A DNA stretch of 64,000 bases from Candidatus Thorarchaeota archaeon (GTDB lineage: Archaea > Asgardarchaeota > Thorarchaeia > Thorarchaeales > Thorarchaeaceae): the NCBI GenBank assembly GCA_018238205.1, contig JABCTV010000003.1:323-64322 (forward strand), given 5' to 3'. The translations under genes were made by a program, and so were the position numbers. Positions 62,759-64,000 of this stretch are shown here, piece after piece; position 1 is the first letter of the stretch, and every line of letters begins with the position of its first letter. The notes beneath the pieces are model-generated. The model searched no databases, had not been told where the DNA came from, and saw only the letters and a program-made list of their open reading frames with translations.

Positions 62759-62886
62759 ATGGCGACGCCTGTCCTATTCTTGTCAATTTAGGTCTTATTG
62801 GTAATGGATGAATCATCTAGCTTTTTGGCTGATTCGGTGATGAAATAATCTGAAAATTTGATGGTTTTCGCGGATATTTCTTCTAG

Positions 62887-63510
62887 ATGAATCATCTAGT
62901 GCAATCGTTCATTCTGCCTATATATACAAGATTCGTAGATTTCTTCGTGCAAAATATGAAACGCGCCAAGAAAACATTGACACTTATTTCCGCATTAGCC
63001 CTCGTTTTCATCATTGCGTTCCCGTTGATAACTACAACAGTGGACGCAGCTTCCGTCCTTGAAACAAAAGCCGCCGCCACCGCCAGTATTGGGGATACAT
63101 TTGAGATTCTGGCAAGGGGTCGTGGCGGCTTCACCATTGAAGATATGGACGACTTCGAGGCTGATTACTTGACACGAATGGATCTTGACTTCAAAATAAC
63201 TCGAAGGGGTGAACGTGGAGTCTTACTTGAAGTACTCGATGGCCATTTCTCATTGAATGATACGACCTTTGATTTCGATGAAGGCCTAGGTATCGCAGGT
63301 CGCCCTGAGGAAGGCAAGTTCAATGGAACTATTGTCTTTGGTTTTAGAATCAATGTAACTGGTCCTAACGGTGAAGAAGCCCAACTTGGATTCAGGGGAT
63401 TTGTTAAGCGCACAGAAGAACGTGGTCCACTCCTTCTCATGCAAGGAAGACTGGTTCTTGATGATCAGGTCTTTGTGTTTAGACAAATAGGTATAATTCA
63501 CAGGATCTAA
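62887..63510 (+). CDS. hypothetical secreted protein
   Basis: The likely start is MKRAKKTLTLISALALVFIIAFPL at nt 62959, a signal peptide. No family recognised. Confidence 0.45.
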   Translation: MNHLVQSFILPIYTRFVDFFVQNMKRAKKTLTLISALALVFIIAFPLITTTVDAASVLETKAAATASIGDTFEILARGRGGFTIEDMDDFEADYLTRMDLDFKITRRGERGVLLEVLDGHFSLNDTTFDFDEGLGIAGRPEEGKFNGTIVFGFRINVTGPNGEEAQLGFRGFVKRTEERGPLLLMQGRLVLDDQVFVFRQIGIIHRI

Positions 63511-63611
63511 ACTATGATGGAAGTTACCGACAACTGCAAGATGAGCGGGCAGGTCATACCTGCTTAGCTTTGAATGGCGGGGACAACCCCGCCCTTCCAT
63601 CGCCTTTTTCT

Positions 63612-64000
63612 CTATTCATTATTATTATCGAGTTTTGCTTCAATTTTATCCAGACGATCTTTGAGGTCTCTATTTTCTTTCTGGAGTTCCTCGATACTCT
63701 TTTTCAGTGAATCAATTTCCTTGGGTTGTTTCTTTTTACCAAGCTTTCTTATCGCAACTCGTGCATCTCGAACTATTCCACTATCAGCGGCTCGTTCTGC
63801 CAGTTTTGATAGTGTAGGTATCAATGAAGCATCTTCATACAATGAAGTAGCACCGATGGAAAATTGTTGAACTCTGTATGAATTATCCAGAATAGAGTTC
63901 TCCAAAATCGAACGAATTTCCGGATGATCTTTCTTGAAACGTTTTCCAAGGCGAGCAAGAATGCCCGGAATGTGTCGCCTGATCCAATCGCTTGTTCCAA
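63612..64000 (-). CDS. hypothetical protein with HEAT-like repeats and a C-terminal coiled coil, 5' end outside window
   Basis: The reading frame stays open from 63905 up to the window edge. The segment RDARVAIRKLGKK resembles a HEAT/PBS-lyase repeat end. The C-terminal KKSIEELQKENRDLKDRLDKIEAKL is a coiled coil. Confidence 0.4.
   Translation of the reverse strand, partial: GTSDWIRRHIPGILARLGKRFKKDHPEIRSILENSILDNSYRVQQFSIGATSLYEDASLIPTLSKLAERAADSGIVRDARVAIRKLGKKKQPKEIDSLKKSIEELQKENRDLKDRLDKIEAKLDNNNE

Noticed and set aside
1-64000. CRISPR arrays, cas genes, rRNA genes, integrases, transposases and IS elements
   Set aside because: I looked for regularly spaced short repeats, rRNA-like conserved blocks and recombinase motifs (tyrosine-recombinase R..HxxR..Y, DDE) in the ORF track and found none. 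The only repeats seen are the tRNA-derived direct repeats reported above.

Overview
Gene-dense archaeal chromosome fragment, moderately AT-rich by eye (GC not computed). It holds about 75 plausible protein genes, 5 intact tRNA genes and 2 truncated tRNA copies. I found no rRNA, CRISPR array, cas gene, integrase or transposase.

Archaeal origin is supported by SRP19, Gar1, Trm1, RrmJ, an Sm-like protein, archaeal-type UMP kinase, tetrahydromethanopterin C1 enzymes (FwdC-like, Mch, Ftr) and multi-intron tRNAs. H4MPT enzymes together with Roadblock/LC7-fusion and LRR proteins, with no methanogenesis genes, is reminiscent of Asgard-type archaea; this is inference only.

Main blocks:
- Housekeeping: pyrB, dCMP deaminase, pyrH, a ValRS-like synthetase, cyclophilin.
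- Acetate module: CoA-transferase/GNAT fusion, OFA-type MFS transporter, Acs.
- 2-oxoacid:ferredoxin oxidoreductase beta and gamma genes without an alpha gene.
- A putative corrinoid-uptake-like operon: DUF4430-like protein, ECF S-component-like protein and a wHTH regulator.
- A split, permuted PEP-utilising phosphotransferase next to Fe-S proteins and unknown genes.
- Many C-terminally anchored surface proteins.

Most interesting signals:
1. A 1.7 kb insertion in tRNA-Ala bounded by 120-nt direct repeats. It carries only a nuclease-like gene plus an unknown gene and has no integrase.
2. tRNA-Thr is followed by an intron-bearing 3' fragment of itself and a third copy of its 3' end. Together these bracket a one-gene segment.
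3. tRNA-Ile and tRNA-Pro each have two introns at D-loop, T-loop or canonical positions.
4. The conserved N-terminus of RrmJ has no start codon and continues in frame after the TGA stop of trm1.
5. A 912-aa protein combines HTH-like repeats with a double LAGLIDADG motif.
6. A 698-aa protein fuses a Roadblock domain to a large helical region.
7. A Pat-type GNAT is fused to a CoA-transferase domain beside Acs.

All functional calls come from motif recognition by eye. No database search was run.
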